Positions 31,771 to 43,851 of a stretch of 64,000 nt of DNA are shown here, one piece after another. Position numbers and translations under genes: made by a program. The notes under the pieces are model-generated. The model was not told where the DNA came from, did not search any database, and worked only from the letters and a program-made list of their open reading frames with translations. The stretch comes from Fluviicola sp. (GTDB lineage Bacteria; Bacteroidota; Bacteroidia; Flavobacteriales_D; Crocinitomicaceae), in NCBI GenBank assembly GCA_035299485.1, contig DATGWM010000014.1, forward strand, positions 160,370 to 224,369. The letters run 5' to 3'. Positions within the stretch are counted from its first letter, which is position 1. Every line of letters starts with the position of its first letter.

Positions 31771-32325
31771 TTATTTTTTACCTGCAGATTTACCCGCTTT
31801 TCTTCTAATCTCTTCTCCTACGAAGCGAATACCTTTTCCTTTGTATGGTTCAGGTTTACGAAGGGAACGAATCTTGGCTGCTACCTGACCCAAAAGTTGC
31901 TTGTCGTATGACTCGATGGTCACAACCGGAGCTTTACCTTTTTGAGTATCTGCAGATACCTTAATTTCTTTAGGAAGTTCGATAGCGATCGGGTGAGAGT
32001 ATCCAAGTGACAACTCCAACAGCTGACCTGTTGCAGTAGCACGATAACCTACTCCGATTACCTCCATTTCCTTTTTGTACCCTTCGGAAACACCAACAAC
32101 CATGTTACTAATCAAAGAACGGTATAAACCATGCTTTGCTCTATGATCTGGCGCATCAGACGCGCGGGTAAAAGTGATTTCAGAACCTTCGATGTTCAGT
32201 GTTACACAAGAATCGATTTCTTGCTGCAACTGTCCTTTCGGTCCTTTCACGGAAACCAAGTTTCCTTCCACTTTTACTTCAACTCCACTCGGGATTGTTA
32301 CTGGGGATTTACCTATCCTTGACAT
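31771..32325 (-). CDS. rplF: 50S ribosomal protein L6
   Basis: MSRIGKSPV, GVGYRA, PEPYKGKGIR. Confidence 0.98.
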   Translation of the reverse strand: MSRIGKSPVTIPSGVEVKVEGNLVSVKGPKGQLQQEIDSCVTLNIEGSEITFTRASDAPDHRAKHGLYRSLISNMVVGVSEGYKKEMEVIGVGYRATATGQLLELSLGYSHPIAIELPKEIKVSADTQKGKAPVVTIESYDKQLLGQVAAKIRSLRKPEPYKGKGIRFVGEEIRRKAGKSAGKK

Positions 32326-32345
32326 TACTTGCGAATTGTTTCAAA

Positions 32346-32744
32346 TTAATACACGTAGCAGAGAACTTCTCCACCAACGTTTTCTTTTCTTGCTTCTTTG
32401 TCAGTGATCACACCTTTTGAAGTAGAAACGATAGCGATTCCCAATCCGTTCAATACACGAGGCATTTCAGCGGAGCCGCTGTATTTACGAAGTCCTGGGC
32501 GTGATGCACGCTCGATCTTGGTGATCGCCGGAACTTTCGTAGATGGGTTGTACTTCAAAGCGATTTTAATCACTCCTTGTTTGTCATCGTCTTCGAATTT
32601 GTAATTCGCGATGTAACCTTGATCGAAGAGGATCGCAGTCATTGCACGCTTTACGTTTGAACCAGGGATTTCCACCATTTTCAAACGAGCCGCACTTGCG
32701 TTACGAATTCGGGTCAGATAATCTGCAATAGGATCTGTATACAT
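32346..32744 (-). CDS. rpsH: 30S ribosomal protein S8
   Basis: DPIADYLTRIRNA, SRPGLRKY, STSKGV. Confidence 0.98.
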   Translation of the reverse strand: MYTDPIADYLTRIRNASAARLKMVEIPGSNVKRAMTAILFDQGYIANYKFEDDDKQGVIKIALKYNPSTKVPAITKIERASRPGLRKYSGSAEMPRVLNGLGIAIVSTSKGVITDKEARKENVGGEVLCYVY

Positions 32745-32803
32745 GTCCTTTTTCTTTTATTAAATTACTGGTAGAGTTTCAATCCGTCAACTGACGGCGA
32801 CTT

Positions 32804-33073
32804 TTACCAACTTGCCTTTTTAACACCCGGGATCTTTCCAGCCAAGGCCATTTCACGGAAAGTAACACGTGAAATACCGAACTGGCGCATATAACCACGA
32901 GGACGACCGGTCAACCCGCAACGGTTGTGCAAACGAACTTTCGAAGAGTTCGCAGGCAATTGCTGCAATGCATCCCAATCACCGGCAGCTTTCAATTCAG
33001 CACGTTTTGCGGCGAATTTCGCTACCATTTTTTCTCTTTTGCGCTCACGCGCTTTCATTGATTCCTTAGCCAT
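32804..33073 (-). CDS. rpsN: 30S ribosomal protein S14 (89-aa form without Zn ribbon)
   Basis: [29 protein letters not shown]. Confidence 0.97.
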   Translation of the reverse strand: MAKESMKARERKREKMVAKFAAKRAELKAAGDWDALQQLPANSSKVRLHNRCGLTGRPRGYMRQFGISRVTFREMALAGKIPGVKKASW

Positions 33074-33078
33074 CTTAC

Positions 33079-33630
33079 TTATTTTTTAATGAACGGGAAT
33101 CCGAATGCATCCAACAATGCTCTTCCTTCTTCGTCGCTCTCAGCTGATGTAACAAATGTGATATCCATTCCTAAGATCTTGTTCACCTTGTCGATGTCGA
33201 TTTCAGGGAAAATGATATGTTCTTTAACACCTAAGTTAAAGTTACCGCGTCCGTCAAATCCTTTGGCACTAACACCACGGAAGTCACGTGTACGAGGCAA
33301 AGCGATAGAAATGAAACGATCCAAAAAGTCGTACATTTTATCTCCGCGAAGCGTAACTTTCGTACCGATTGGCATTCCTTTACGCAATTTGAAGTTTGAA
33401 ACGTCTTTTTTAGAATTCGTTGCCACCGCTTTTTGCCCTGCGATGCGTGAAACATCTGCGATAGCATGGTCAATGATTTTCTTGTCAGCAACCGCATCAC
33501 CCAATCCCTGGCTGATAACGATCTTCTGCAATTTAGGTACGCGCATGACTGTTTTGTACCCAAATTTCTCAACCAATGCAGGGACGATCTCTGCACGGTA
33601 CTGATCTTTTAGTCTTGGTGAATAACTCAT
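33079..33630 (-). CDS. rplE: 50S ribosomal protein L5
   Basis: [26 protein letters not shown]. Confidence 0.98.
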   Translation of the reverse strand: MSYSPRLKDQYRAEIVPALVEKFGYKTVMRVPKLQKIVISQGLGDAVADKKIIDHAIADVSRIAGQKAVATNSKKDVSNFKLRKGMPIGTKVTLRGDKMYDFLDRFISIALPRTRDFRGVSAKGFDGRGNFNLGVKEHIIFPEIDIDKVNKILGMDITFVTSAESDEEGRALLDAFGFPFIKK

Positions 33631-33947
33631 TACTTGATCTCCTCTCCAGATTTTTTAGAATAACGTACTAACTTTCCTTTGGCGTTTTCTTTACGACCGA
33701 TACGGGAAGCTTGTCCTTTTACGACTACCATCAGGTTAGAAATATGGATTGTACCTTCTTTCTCGATGATTCCACCTTGTGGTTCGGAAGCACTTGGCTT
33801 CGTGTGACGTTTTACAACGTTCACTCCTCCAACGGTAGCACGTTCTTTTGCTCTATCAATCGTTAGAACAGTTCCTTCCTGTCCTCTTGACTCACCGCTT
33901 AGTACTTTAACAGTGTCGCCAATTTTGATGTGTAATTTCTTTTGCAT
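33630..33947 (-). CDS. rplX: 50S ribosomal protein L24
   Basis: [26 protein letters not shown]. Confidence 0.97.
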   Translation of the reverse strand: MQKKLHIKIGDTVKVLSGESRGQEGTVLTIDRAKERATVGGVNVVKRHTKPSASEPQGGIIEKEGTIHISNLMVVVKGQASRIGRKENAKGKLVRYSKKSGEEIK

Positions 33948-33957
33948 GACTAACTAA

Positions 33958-34326
33958 TTAAAGTACCTCAGGAGCAAGTGAAACAATTTTCATGTAGTTG
34001 TTTTCACGAAGCTCACGAGCTACAGGTCCAAAAATACGGGTTCCTCTCATCTCCCCCGCCTGATTCAAGATAACGCAAGCGTTATCATCGAAACGAATGT
34101 AAGAACCGTCGGCTCTGCGAACCTCCTTTTTTGTTCTTACAATAACCGCCTTGGCTACCGATCCTTTTTTTACGGCACCAGAGGGCATTGCGCTCTTAAC
34201 AGCTACGACAATCTTGTCTCCAACCGATGCATAACGACGTTTTGTGCCACCCAATACACGGATGACCAATACTTCCTTTGCACCTGAATTGTCAGCAACT
34301 GCAAGTCTTGATTCTGATTGTATCAT
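33958..34326 (-). CDS. rplN: 50S ribosomal protein L14
   Basis: [37 protein letters not shown]. Confidence 0.98.
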   Translation of the reverse strand: MIQSESRLAVADNSGAKEVLVIRVLGGTKRRYASVGDKIVVAVKSAMPSGAVKKGSVAKAVIVRTKKEVRRADGSYIRFDDNACVILNQAGEMRGTRIFGPVARELRENNYMKIVSLAPEVL

Positions 34327-34335
34327 TGCAATATA

Positions 34336-34593
34336 TTATTTTGCTCTTTCAATAATTTCTACCAACCTCCAGTTCTTGCTTTTAGACAGAGGACGTGTCT
34401 CCATGATCTTCACCGTATCACCGATATGGCAATCGTTGTTTTCATCGTGGGCGACAAATTTAGTAGTTTTTTTCACAAACTTACCGTACTTCGGGTGTTT
34501 TACTTTACGTTCAACAGCTACAACGATTGATTTTTCCATCTTATCGCTGGTAACAGTCCCGATACGTTCTTTTCTTAAATTACGCTTTTCCAT
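34336..34593 (-). CDS. rpsQ: 30S ribosomal protein S17
   Basis: [25 protein letters not shown]. Confidence 0.98.
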   Translation of the reverse strand: MEKRNLRKERIGTVTSDKMEKSIVVAVERKVKHPKYGKFVKKTTKFVAHDENNDCHIGDTVKIMETRPLSKSKNWRLVEIIERAK

Positions 34594-34623
34594 TTCAAGC
34601 TTCTTTTAATGAACCCCTCAGCA

Positions 34624-34821
34624 TTAGGCTGATTGAGTCTCACGTTTTTTCAATTCAGTTTTCAAACGAGCGATTGTACGGCGAACGTCGCGGATTTGGA
34701 TCGGGTTCTCCAAAGGAGTCACTGCGTGTCCGATCTTCATCTTTGTCAACGATTCGGTTGAATTCGCCAAACGTGTTTTCAGGTCTTCAACTGAAAGTTT
34801 ACTAATTTCTTGTTGTTTCAT
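34624..34821 (-). CDS. rpmC: 50S ribosomal protein L29
   Basis: LENP..IR..RR.IAR..T motif; position in the S10 operon. Confidence 0.95.
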   Translation of the reverse strand: MKQQEISKLSVEDLKTRLANSTESLTKMKIGHAVTPLENPIQIRDVRRTIARLKTELKKRETQSA

Positions 34822-34829
34822 CGCTTCAA

Positions 34830-35258
34830 TTATTTACCAGGTATAACATAATCGTTACGCACTACAAACTTGCACTTTACAGGAAGTTTCTGTGCCGCCA
34901 GGCGCAATGCTTCTTTCGCGATTTCGTACGGAACGCCATCAGCTTCAAACATAATACGACCTGGTCTTACGACTGCCACCCAGTGGCTAGGAGCACCTTT
35001 ACCTTTACCCATTCGCACCTCAGCAGGCTTAGCTGTTACAGGCTTGTCAGGGAAAATACGGATCCACACTTTACCTTCACGTTTCATGTAACGCGTAACT
35101 GCGATACGTGATGCTTCGATCTGGCGTGATGTGATCCATCCTGGCTCCAACGTTTTTAGTCCAAACGAACCGAACGCGATGGTTGCGCCACGTTGAGCTT
35201 CACCACGGTTACGACCCTTTTGTACTCTTCTAAATTTGGTTCTCTTTGGAGATAACAT
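34830..35258 (-). CDS. rplP: 50S ribosomal protein L16
   Basis: [24 protein letters not shown]. Confidence 0.98.
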   Translation of the reverse strand: MLSPKRTKFRRVQKGRNRGEAQRGATIAFGSFGLKTLEPGWITSRQIEASRIAVTRYMKREGKVWIRIFPDKPVTAKPAEVRMGKGKGAPSHWVAVVRPGRIMFEADGVPYEIAKEALRLAAQKLPVKCKFVVRNDYVIPGK

Positions 35259-35281
35259 CTTTCGAAAATTTTAAATGGTAA

Positions 35282-36055
35282 TTACTTCTTCTTACGGTTG
35301 TCACCACCGCGGCTTCCACCACGATTGTCTTTTCCACCAGGACGACGGTTTCCGCGTTCACGGTCACCAGATGGAGCACCACCTTTAGCGCCTTGAGCGG
35401 CCATTCCGACATTTGGAGAAAGATCACGACGACCGTAAACTTCACCTTTACAGATCCATACTTTGATACCGATCAAACCGTAAGTAGTCAATGCCTCACC
35501 TACTGCGTAATCGATGTCAGCTCTGAACGTATGTAACGGAGTACGTCCATCCTTGTACATTTCCGAACGAGCCATCTCTGCACCGTTCAAACGACCTGAA
35601 ATTTTCACTTTGATCCCTTCGGCACCCATTCGCATGGTTGAACCGATCGACATCTTAATTGCACGACGGAAAGAAATACGAGCTTCCAACTGACGAGCGA
35701 TTCCATCCGCTACCAAACGAGCGTCCAATTCCGGACGTTTTACCTCGAAAATGTTGATTTGGATTTCTTTTTTCGTCAATTTTTTCAACTCCTCTTTCAA
35801 TTTGTCGACTTCCTGACCACCTTTTCCGATAATCACACCCGGACGAGCCGTGTTGATGGTTACCGTAACGAGCTTGAGGGTACGCTCGATGATGATCTTT
35901 GCAATGCTTGCTCTGGATAAACGGGCGTGCAGATATTTACGGATTTGATCGTCTTCAACGATTTTATCGCGGTAGTTATCTCCACCGTACCAGTTAGATT
36001 CCCATCCGTGGATGAAACCTAGTCTATTACCTATTGGATTCGTTTTTTGTCCCAT
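35282..36055 (-). CDS. rpsC: 30S ribosomal protein S3
   Basis: [44 protein letters not shown]. Confidence 0.98.
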   Translation of the reverse strand: MGQKTNPIGNRLGFIHGWESNWYGGDNYRDKIVEDDQIRKYLHARLSRASIAKIIIERTLKLVTVTINTARPGVIIGKGGQEVDKLKEELKKLTKKEIQINIFEVKRPELDARLVADGIARQLEARISFRRAIKMSIGSTMRMGAEGIKVKISGRLNGAEMARSEMYKDGRTPLHTFRADIDYAVGEALTTYGLIGIKVWICKGEVYGRRDLSPNVGMAAQGAKGGAPSGDRERGNRRPGGKDNRGGSRGGDNRKKK

Positions 36056-36066
36056 TTTCCTTACAA

Positions 36067-36480
36067 TTAATTTGTGCTGCTAACGCCGTCTTTTGAACCG
36101 ACAACGATAGTAACGTGGTTAGACCGTTTACGAACTCGGTAAGCTCTACCCTGAGGAGCAGTCTGGATACGCTTAAGCATACCTGCACTTCCGACCTCGA
36201 TAGTCTCTACCACTAATTTTTCATCTTCAATGCTTTTACCTTCGTTTTTCGCTTCCCAGTTTGCAATTGCTGAACGCAATAATTTGGATAAGCTCAATGA
36301 AGCATCTTTTGCATTGTGTTGCAATATGTTTAGAGCTTTGTTGACTTCAACACCGCGTACAAGATCTGCAACCAATCTCATTTTGCGCGGAGAAATAGAA
36401 GAGTTGTTCAACTGCGCGATAGCAGTTCTGCTCTTCTCTTCTTTTAATTTATCAGCTCTTAATCGTTTTCTAGCGCCCAT
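36067..36480 (-). CDS. rplV: 50S ribosomal protein L22
   Basis: [28 protein letters not shown]. Confidence 0.97.
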   Translation of the reverse strand: MGARKRLRADKLKEEKSRTAIAQLNNSSISPRKMRLVADLVRGVEVNKALNILQHNAKDASLSLSKLLRSAIANWEAKNEGKSIEDEKLVVETIEVGSAGMLKRIQTAPQGRAYRVRKRSNHVTIVVGSKDGVSSTN

Positions 36481-36496
36481 GTCACTTGAATTTTAA

Positions 36497-36775
36497 CTAT
36501 CTTTTTTTATCCTTTTTGTTACCACCATGACCACGGAAGTTACGCGTCGGAGAGAATTCTCCCAATTTGTGACCTACCATGTTCTCTGTAACGAACACAG
36601 GAATAAACTTATTCCCGTTATGTACGGCAAATGTCAATCCGACAAAGTCAGGAGTGATTGTAGAAGCGCGTGACCAGGTTTTGATTACTGCTTTGCTTCC
36701 ATTTGCTTGCGCGTCATCCACACGTTTTGACAACTTATAGTGAACGAACGGCGGTTTTTTCAACGAACGACTCAT
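36497..36775 (-). CDS. rpsS: 30S ribosomal protein S19
   Basis: [29 protein letters not shown]. Confidence 0.98.
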   Translation of the reverse strand: MSRSLKKPPFVHYKLSKRVDDAQANGSKAVIKTWSRASTITPDFVGLTFAVHNGNKFIPVFVTENMVGHKLGEFSPTRNFRGHGGNKKDKKR

Positions 36776-36778
36776 ACC

Positions 36779-37606
36779 TTATTTCTTTCTTCTTTCGATG
36801 ATGAACTTATCTGAATACTTCTTCTTAGAACGTGTCTTATACCCTTTAGCAGGCATACCGTTACGTGAACGTGGAAGACCCCCGGCATTTCTACCTTCAC
36901 CACCACCCATCGGGTGATCTACAGGGTTCATAACCACACCACGAACGCGAGGACGACGACCTAACCAGCGAGAGCGACCTGCTTTCCCTGAAACCACCAG
37001 TGAATGCTCTCCGTTAGAGACAGCACCGATAGTGGCCAGACAAGTTACCAGGATCATACGTGTTTCACCAGAAGGCAATTTGATGATCGCGTAACGACCA
37101 TCACGAGCGTTCAATTGTGCATACGTTCCAGCACCACGAGCGATCGCACCACCTTTTCCAGGGTGCAGCTCGATGTTGTGGATAACCGTTCCCAGGGGAA
37201 CGTCGGATAAAAATAGTGCGTTACCAACGTTGGGTGCAGCTGTTTTTCCGGATACTACTTTATCACCTACTTTTAATCCTTCAGGTGCGATAATGTATCG
37301 TTTCTCACCATCCACATAATAAAGCAATGCGATACGAGCAGTACGGTTCGGATCGTACTCGATTTGCTTCACAACAGCAGGAATGTCATGCTTGTCGCGC
37401 TTGAAATCGATGATACGGTACTTCTGCTTGTGACCACCGCCAATGTAACGCATGGTCATACGACCATCGTTGTTCCGACCACCAGACTTACCAGTGCTAC
37501 CAGTTACGAGGCTCTTTTCAGGAACGTTCGTAGTAACTTCCGAGTAAGTACTGTTGATCTTGTGTCTTTGCCCTGGAGTTGTAGGCTGAAATTTTCTAAG
37601 ACCCAT
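36779..37606 (-). CDS. rplB: 50S ribosomal protein L2
   Basis: [32 protein letters not shown]. Confidence 0.98.
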   Translation of the reverse strand: MGLRKFQPTTPGQRHKINSTYSEVTTNVPEKSLVTGSTGKSGGRNNDGRMTMRYIGGGHKQKYRIIDFKRDKHDIPAVVKQIEYDPNRTARIALLYYVDGEKRYIIAPEGLKVGDKVVSGKTAAPNVGNALFLSDVPLGTVIHNIELHPGKGGAIARGAGTYAQLNARDGRYAIIKLPSGETRMILVTCLATIGAVSNGEHSLVVSGKAGRSRWLGRRPRVRGVVMNPVDHPMGGGEGRNAGGLPRSRNGMPAKGYKTRSKKKYSDKFIIERRKK

Positions 37607-37622
37607 CAGTTTTTCTTAAAAA

Positions 37623-37913
37623 TTAATTAAACAAATCAATCGTTTCTCCTGTAGCAACGGTAACGATGGCTTTCTTCCATACTTTACTTGGTTGCTCAAC
37701 GATACCTCTATTCGTAAATTTCGTAGAGGATTTACCACCGCCATAAGTGAGTGTGCGTACGTTAACAACGTTAACTCCGTACATCTTTTCGACGGCGCTT
37801 TTAATTTCGAGCTTATTAGCCGTTCTCTCAACAACGAATGCAAAGCTGTTGCTCTTTTCAGTAGCTTCAGTTGCTTTCTCGGTGATGAGGGGCTTTTTAA
37901 TAATACTTTTCAT
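37623..37913 (-). CDS. rplW: 50S ribosomal protein L23
   Basis: KPLITEKA, ANKLEIK.AVE, WKKAIVT. Confidence 0.96.
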   Translation of the reverse strand: MKSIIKKPLITEKATEATEKSNSFAFVVERTANKLEIKSAVEKMYGVNVVNVRTLTYGGGKSSTKFTNRGIVEQPSKVWKKAIVTVATGETIDLFN

Positions 37914-37918
37914 TGCAA

Positions 37919-38545
37919 TTAGTTTAGAATCTTTTCGATTACTGAAATTGAACTTTCGGTAAGTACTACTTTTTTCGCGTTCAATACATCGTATGTATTT
38001 ACGGAATCAGCAGGTACTACTTTCACGCGTTGCAAGTTGCGGGAAGACAAGTAAACGTTGTCGTTTCCTGCTCCTACAATCATCAACACCTTGTCATTTG
38101 CCAGGTTCAAGTTGGTCAATAACGATTTGAATTCTGCTGTTTTCGGTGTTGCCAGGGCCACATCTTCCAAAATCATGATTGAATCCATTTTCGCTTTGTA
38201 AGCAAATGCTGACTTACGAGCCAAACGCTTCAATTTGATGTTGAGTTTGAAGTGGTAGTTACGCGGACGTGGTCCGAAGATACGGCCACCACCGATACGC
38301 GTACCGGATTTAACGCTACCTGCACGGGCACCACCGGTACCTTTTTGCTTTTTAATTTTTCTGGTAGATCCAGCGATCTCCGCTCTTTCTTTAGCTTTAT
38401 GCGTTCCCTGACGACGATTTGCCAGGTGCTGCTTAACGTCTAAGTAAATTGCGTGGTCATTCGGCTCAATACCGAAGATCTCATCCGACAAGGATACTTT
38501 TTTGGAAGTAGCCTTTCCTTTGCTGTCAATTACTTTTACTTCCAT
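37919..38545 (-). CDS. rplD: 50S ribosomal protein L4
   Basis: RQGTHKAK.R, QKGTGGARAGS, GGGRIFGPRPR. Confidence 0.98.
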   Translation of the reverse strand: MEVKVIDSKGKATSKKVSLSDEIFGIEPNDHAIYLDVKQHLANRRQGTHKAKERAEIAGSTRKIKKQKGTGGARAGSVKSGTRIGGGRIFGPRPRNYHFKLNIKLKRLARKSAFAYKAKMDSIMILEDVALATPKTAEFKSLLTNLNLANDKVLMIVGAGNDNVYLSSRNLQRVKVVPADSVNTYDVLNAKKVVLTESSISVIEKILN

Positions 38546-39162
38546 TATTTCTCAATTGTTACGGTTGCACCTTTAGGACCAGGGATTGATCCTTTTACGA
38601 TAAGAAGGTTTCTGTCGGTCATGACTTTCAAAACCTGAAGGTTTTCCATCTTCACACGTTTGTTGCCCATCTGTCCGGCCATGCGCATTCCTTTGAATAC
38701 ACGTGCAGGATAGGAACATGCTCCGATTGAACCCGGTGCACGCAGACGGTTATGCTGTCCGTGTGTAGACTGTCCAACCCCGCCGAATCCGTGACGCTTC
38801 ACAACACCCTGGAAACCTTTTCCTTTAGATGTTCCTACTACACCAACGTATTCGCCTTCTTCGAACAACTCTACGTTAACAATATCTCCGAGACTAAGTG
38901 CGGTTTCAAAACCTTTGAACTCCACCAAACGAGATTTCGGTGTGGTGTTCGCTTTTTTGAAGTGACCTTTCAATGCATTCGGCGTGTTTTTTTCTTTACG
39001 CTCACCGAATCCCAACTGAATGGCTTCGTACCCGTCTTTCTCTTGTGTTTTAACCTGAGTTACTACACAAGGACCAGCTTCTATTACCGTGCATGGTGTT
39101 GCCTTACCCTCGGCACTGTAGACGCTAGTCATTCCGATTTTTCTACCAATAATTCCAGGCAT
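38545..39162 (-). CDS. rplC: 50S ribosomal protein L3
   Basis: [40 protein letters not shown]. Confidence 0.98.
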   Translation of the reverse strand: MPGIIGRKIGMTSVYSAEGKATPCTVIEAGPCVVTQVKTQEKDGYEAIQLGFGERKEKNTPNALKGHFKKANTTPKSRLVEFKGFETALSLGDIVNVELFEEGEYVGVVGTSKGKGFQGVVKRHGFGGVGQSTHGQHNRLRAPGSIGACSYPARVFKGMRMAGQMGNKRVKMENLQVLKVMTDRNLLIVKGSIPGPKGATVTIEK

Positions 39163-39216
39163 ACTTTACTAATTATTATTTATAAATTATTAAAGTGATG
39201 TAAATGTTTCCATATA

Positions 39217-39241
39217 GGGTCGCGATTTATCGCGACCCCAC
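39217..39241 (-). repeat. REP-like palindrome between rpsJ and rplC
   Basis: Minus strand GTG-GGGTCGCGATAAATCGCGACCC: perfect GC-rich inverted repeat starting within a GTGG tetranucleotide, no U-tract. Confidence 0.45.
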
Positions 39242-39252
39242 AGGACATTTCA

Positions 39253-39558
39253 TCACACTTTAATTTCTACATCAACTCCACTAGGAAGTTCCAATCGCAT
39301 CAACGCATCAACTGTTTTTGAAGAAGAGCTGTAGATGTCCAGCAAACGCTTGTAAGAACACAGTTCGAACTGCTCACGCGCTTTTTTGTTAACGTGTGGT
39401 GAACGCAATACAGTGTAAATACGCTTGTGTGTCGGAAGTGGAATAGGACCACTTACTACCGCTCCCGTAGCTTTTACGGTTTTCACGATTTTCTCAGCCG
39501 ATTTGTCAACCAGGTTATGGTCGTACGACTTCAATTTGATTCTAATTTTCTGACTCAT
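39253..39558 (-). CDS. rpsJ: 30S ribosomal protein S10
   Basis: [32 protein letters not shown]. Confidence 0.98.
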   Translation of the reverse strand: MSQKIRIKLKSYDHNLVDKSAEKIVKTVKATGAVVSGPIPLPTHKRIYTVLRSPHVNKKAREQFELCSYKRLLDIYSSSSKTVDALMRLELPSGVDVEIKV

Positions 39559-39569
39559 TACCTGATTAA

Positions 39570-41672
39570 TTAAGCGGAAACTTTTCCATTAGCTTTAACT
39601 ACTTCGTCTGCTACGTTCTTCGGAGCCTCAGCAAAGTGAGAGAATTCCATAGAAGAAGTTGCACGACCTGAAGACATCGTACGCAATTGTGTTACGTAAC
39701 CGAACATTTCAGAAAGAGGAACATCAGCTTTTACAACTTTAGATCCGTTCTTGTCATCCATTCCACGCACTACTGCACGACGACGGTTCAAGTCACCTAC
39801 GATATCACCCATGTTTTCTTCCGGAGTAACGACTTCAATTTTCATGATCGGCTCCAAAAGGATAGGGCGACATTTTTTCAATGCTTCACGGTAAGCCATT
39901 TTCGCTGCCAATTCGAATGACAATGAATCTGAATCGACCGCGTGGAAAGATCCGTCGATCAATTCTACTTTCATAGACTCAACCGGGAAACCTGCAAGAA
40001 CACCGTTCTTCATAGATTCTTTGAAACCTTTCTCTACAGAAGGGATAAATTCACGCGGAATGTTACCTCCTTTGATCGAGTTAACGAATTCAAGACCCGT
40101 TTTCTCAAGGTTCTCCTGCGGAGAAATTTTCACAAGGATATCGGCAAATTTACCACGACCACCAGACTGCTTTTTGTAAACTTCACGGTGTTCAACCGGA
40201 GCAGTAATGTCTTCACGGTAAGAAACCTGAGGAGCTCCCTGGTTTACTTCTACCTTGAACTCACGACGCAAACGGTCAACGATAATATCCAGGTGAAGCT
40301 CACCCATACCGCTGATGATTGTTTGTCCTGTCTCTTCGTCTGTGTTTACACGGAAAGTCGGATCTTCTTCAGCCAATTTGTTCAAACCGATACCCAGTTT
40401 ATCCTGGTCAGCCTGCGTTTTAGGCTCGATCGCAATACCGATTACCGGGTCAGGGAAGTTCATTGATTCCAGAACGATCGGGTGACCTTCTGCACACAAT
40501 GTATCTCCTGTACGGATATCTTTAAATCCAACTACCGCACCGATATCTCCCGCACCAAGCTCTTCGATTGAGTTTTGCTTGTTAGCGTGCATCTGGAAGA
40601 TACGTGAGATACGCTCTTTGCTGTCTGTACGTGTGTTGTATACATAAGAACCTGCAGGAAGAACTCCGGAGTAAGCGCGGATAAAGCACAAACGACCTAC
40701 ATAAGGGTCAGTTGCAATTTTAAACGCCAACGCAGCGAAAGGCTCATCGTAAGAAGGCTTGCGCGAAGCCGGCTCATCTGTTTTAGGGTTTGTTCCTTCG
40801 ATTGCCTCAACATCCAACGGAGAAGGAAGAATTTCCATCACCATGTCAAGCATCGCCTGAACACCTTTGTTTTTGAATGAAGAACCACACATCATCGGAA
40901 CTACTTTTCCTGAGATTGTTGCTTCACGCAACGCGTTCAGGATTTCGCGCTCTGTCAATGAGTTCTCGTCTTCGAAGAATTTCTCCATCAATGTCTCGTC
41001 GAATTCAGCTACCGCTTCCAACAACTCAGAACGCAATTTACGTGCGTCTTCGATGATATCAGCAGGAATTTCAACTTCCTGGAATGTCATTCCCTGGTCA
41101 GCATCGTTCCAAACGATACCTTTCCAGTTGATAAGGTCTACTACTCCTTTGAAGTTGTCCTCATCACCGATGTTGATCTGCAATGGCAACGCGTGGCTAC
41201 CCAACATTTCTTTTACCTGGCGACAAACATTCAGGAAGTCAGCACCCTGACGGTCCATTTTGTTTACGAAACCGATACGTGGTACGTTGTAGTTGTTTGC
41301 CAAACGCCAGTTCGTTTCAGACTGAGGCTCCACTCCGTCTACTGCAGAGAAAAGGAACACCAATCCGTCAAGAACGCGCAATGAACGGTTTACCTCTACG
41401 GTAAAGTCAACGTGTCCCGGAGTATCGATAATGTTGATATGGTATTTCTGACCACGGTAATTCCAATTAACTGTTGTAGCAGCTGAAGTAATGGTAATAC
41501 CACGCTCCTGCTCTTGCTCCATCCAGTCCATTGTAGCACCACCGTCGTGTACTTCACCAATTTTGTGGTTTACACCTGCGTAGTAAAGAATACGCTCGGT
41601 AGTTGTTGTTTTCCCGGCATCAATGTGCGCCGCGATACCAATATTTCTTGTAAATTTAAGATCTCTTCCCAT
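39570..41672 (-). CDS. fusA: Elongation factor G
   Basis: [42 protein letters not shown]. Confidence 0.99.
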   Translation of the reverse strand: MGRDLKFTRNIGIAAHIDAGKTTTTERILYYAGVNHKIGEVHDGGATMDWMEQEQERGITITSAATTVNWNYRGQKYHINIIDTPGHVDFTVEVNRSLRVLDGLVFLFSAVDGVEPQSETNWRLANNYNVPRIGFVNKMDRQGADFLNVCRQVKEMLGSHALPLQINIGDEDNFKGVVDLINWKGIVWNDADQGMTFQEVEIPADIIEDARKLRSELLEAVAEFDETLMEKFFEDENSLTEREILNALREATISGKVVPMMCGSSFKNKGVQAMLDMVMEILPSPLDVEAIEGTNPKTDEPASRKPSYDEPFAALAFKIATDPYVGRLCFIRAYSGVLPAGSYVYNTRTDSKERISRIFQMHANKQNSIEELGAGDIGAVVGFKDIRTGDTLCAEGHPIVLESMNFPDPVIGIAIEPKTQADQDKLGIGLNKLAEEDPTFRVNTDEETGQTIISGMGELHLDIIVDRLRREFKVEVNQGAPQVSYREDITAPVEHREVYKKQSGGRGKFADILVKISPQENLEKTGLEFVNSIKGGNIPREFIPSVEKGFKESMKNGVLAGFPVESMKVELIDGSFHAVDSDSLSFELAAKMAYREALKKCRPILLEPIMKIEVVTPEENMGDIVGDLNRRRAVVRGMDDKNGSKVVKADVPLSEMFGYVTQLRTMSSGRATSSMEFSHFAEAPKNVADEVVKANGKVSA

Positions 41673-41678
41673 GACTTA

Positions 41679-42149
41679 TTAGAATCTAAAATGTGAGAAT
41701 GCTTTGTTAGCTTCAGCCATACGAAGTGTATCTTCTTTCTTTTTGAAAGCAGCGCCTTCTTCTTTTGAAGCAGCAATAATTTCAGAGGCCAATTTACCAG
41801 CCATTGATTTCTCGTTACGTTTACGAGCGTAACCGATCAACCACTTCATAGCCAATGATTGCTTACGTCCTTCACGAACCGGAGTAGGGATCTGGAATGT
41901 AGCCCCACCAACACGGCGTGAACGTACTTCTACAGAAGGAGTAACGTTATCCAATGCTTTCTTGAATACTTCCAATGCTTCTTGTTCTTCTACTTTTTTG
42001 TCTACGATCTCAATTGCATCGTAGAAAATCTTAAATGCCAGGTTCTTTTTACCCGAATACATCAAGTTGTTAACGAACTTTGTTACTACAACGTCATTAA
42101 ACTTTGGATCCGGGAGGATGGCAATTTTTTTCGCTTTTCTTCTTCTCAT
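41679..42149 (-). CDS. rpsG: 30S ribosomal protein S7
   Basis: [27 protein letters not shown]. Confidence 0.98.
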   Translation of the reverse strand: MRRRKAKKIAILPDPKFNDVVVTKFVNNLMYSGKKNLAFKIFYDAIEIVDKKVEEQEALEVFKKALDNVTPSVEVRSRRVGGATFQIPTPVREGRKQSLAMKWLIGYARKRNEKSMAGKLASEIIAASKEEGAAFKKKEDTLRMAEANKAFSHFRF

Positions 42150-42164
42150 CTCTTCAAAGTTTTA

Positions 42165-42545
42165 TTATTTCTTAGCTTTTGGACGTTTTGTTCCATACTT
42201 CGAACGACGCTGTGAACGGCCTTCAACACCAGCTGTATCTTCTGCACCACGAACGATGTGGTAACGAACCCCTGGTAAATCTTTAACCCTTCCACCACGT
42301 ACAAGCACCAAAGAGTGCTCTTGTAAGTTGTGACCTTCACCACCGATGTAAGCATTCACTTCTTTACCGTTGGTAAGTCGAACACGCGCTACTTTACGCA
42401 TAGCTGAGTTCGGCTTCTTAGGTGTAGTGGTGTACACACGCACACATACTCCTTTGCGCTGCGGACAAGAATCCAAAGCCGCTGACTTTGACTTCTTAAC
42501 AACCGCAGTCCTTCCCTTGCGCACTAACTGTTGGATAGTTGGCAT
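42165..42545 (-). CDS. rpsL: 30S ribosomal protein S12
   Basis: [32 protein letters not shown]. Confidence 0.99.
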   Translation of the reverse strand: MPTIQQLVRKGRTAVVKKSKSAALDSCPQRKGVCVRVYTTTPKKPNSAMRKVARVRLTNGKEVNAYIGGEGHNLQEHSLVLVRGGRVKDLPGVRYHIVRGAEDTAGVEGRSQRRSKYGTKRPKAKK

Positions 42546-42610
42546 ACAGTACTCAAATTTTGTTTGTTAATAAATATACTTTCACCCCAGAGAACACTCT
42601 TTGGGGGGTG

Positions 42611-42640
42611 CAAAGATAGTGAGAAATAAATAGGATGCAA
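42611..42640 (-). promoter_or_regulatory. Primary-sigma promoter of the str/S10 cluster
   Basis: Minus strand TTG (42640-42638), 19-nt spacer, TATCTTTG (42618-42611), followed by a leader hairpin CACCCC..GAG/CTC..GGGGTG. Confidence 0.75.
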
Positions 42641-42786
42641 GTGGTTTAGGAAAAAAGTGCTGTTTTTGAACAAATTAATGTTGATGAAGCTTTTTGAAAA
42701 AGTGGGAACCAGGATTCGGGGAACTGGGGAACCAGGATTGGCCCAACATGGCTCCCCAGCTCCCTAATATCCAGTTCCCTTAAAAA

Positions 42787-43851
42787 TCATACCCGGTAAC
42801 AAACCGCATTGATATTCATTCCGGCACCTACCGAAGCAAAAAGAATCACATCTCCGGATTGAATACTGTAGCCGTTCATCTTGCCGTTTTTCACCATATT
42901 ATACAGTGTTGGGATGGTGGCAACAGAACTATTGCCCAATTTATGAATGTTCATCGGCATTAAGTGTTCAGGCATTTCGCTTTCGCCGTACAATTTGTAC
43001 AATTCGCGTACAATCGCTTCGTCGAGCTTTTCGTTTGCCTGATGGATGAATATTTTTTTGATCTGTTTGATGGAAACTCCGGCTTTGTCGATGCAGTCTT
43101 TCATGGCAAGCGGAACATGCTTAATGGCGTATTCGTACACCTTTCTTCCTTTCATTTTCACATAACGAATCCGTGGATCGGACTCCGGGAAGTTGGATTT
43201 CCCCAGGTTCAGGTAATCAATTTCATCCGTGCAATGACTTTGCGCACTCAATGAAAGCACACCGCTTTCGGTTGCGTCTTTCAACTCAATAATGGCTGCT
43301 CCTGCTCCATCGGCAAAAATCATACTGTCGCGGTCATGCGGATCCAGGACCCGACTCAATGCTTCTGCCCCAATCACCAGGCACCGTTTTGCCATTTCAA
43401 CCTGCAGGAAGGCATGGGCCTGAATCATTCCCTGCACCCAACCCGGACAGCCGAACAAGACATCATAAGCAACGCAATTAGGATTTACAATTCCCAATTT
43501 ATGCTTTACCCGCGAAGCGATGGAAGGAACAACATCGGTTTGAATGGTATGTTTGATAACATCACCAAAATTGTGTGCAACGATGATTTGATCAATTTCC
43601 TCGCGCGAACACCCGGCATCTAAAATGGCTTCTTCAGCAGCCAATGCTGCCATATCAGAGCACTGCAAATCGGCTGATGCATAGCGGCGCTCCTGAATAC
43701 CGGTAATGGACTCAAATTTTCGCGCAATAACTTCCGGTGCTAATTCTATTTTCTGGTGCTTCTCATCGTAAAACTCATTTACCATGAAGTCGCGGTTGGT
43801 CTTTACAATGGTAGGAATGTAGGCCCCTGTACCTGTAATAATACTTCTCAT
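42787..43851 (-). CDS. fabH: 3-oxoacyl-ACP synthase III family protein
   Basis: GTGAYIP, TGIQERR, FGCPGW catalytic Cys, FADGAGA, FIHQAN, GNSSVAT, SVGAGM. Confidence 0.85.
   Translation of the reverse strand: MRSIITGTGAYIPTIVKTNRDFMVNEFYDEKHQKIELAPEVIARKFESITGIQERRYASADLQCSDMAALAAEEAILDAGCSREEIDQIIVAHNFGDVIKHTIQTDVVPSIASRVKHKLGIVNPNCVAYDVLFGCPGWVQGMIQAHAFLQVEMAKRCLVIGAEALSRVLDPHDRDSMIFADGAGAAIIELKDATESGVLSLSAQSHCTDEIDYLNLGKSNFPESDPRIRYVKMKGRKVYEYAIKHVPLAMKDCIDKAGVSIKQIKKIFIHQANEKLDEAIVRELYKLYGESEMPEHLMPMNIHKLGNSSVATIPTLYNMVKNGKMNGYSIQSGDVILFASVGAGMNINAVCYRV

Noticed and set aside
28500-33073. Cys-poor L36 and S14 in the core operons; no adk or map next to secY
   Set aside because: Typical arrangement in Flavobacteriales-like genomes
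39558-39570. No tuf between fusA and rpsJ
   Set aside because: Normal for Bacteroidota; tuf lies elsewhere
42704-42779. 13-bp direct repeat GGGAACCAGGATT (42704-42716, 42727-42739) within a long imperfect hairpin
   Set aside because: Only two copies with a 10-nt spacer, so not CRISPR; best explained as the terminator-like structure after fabH
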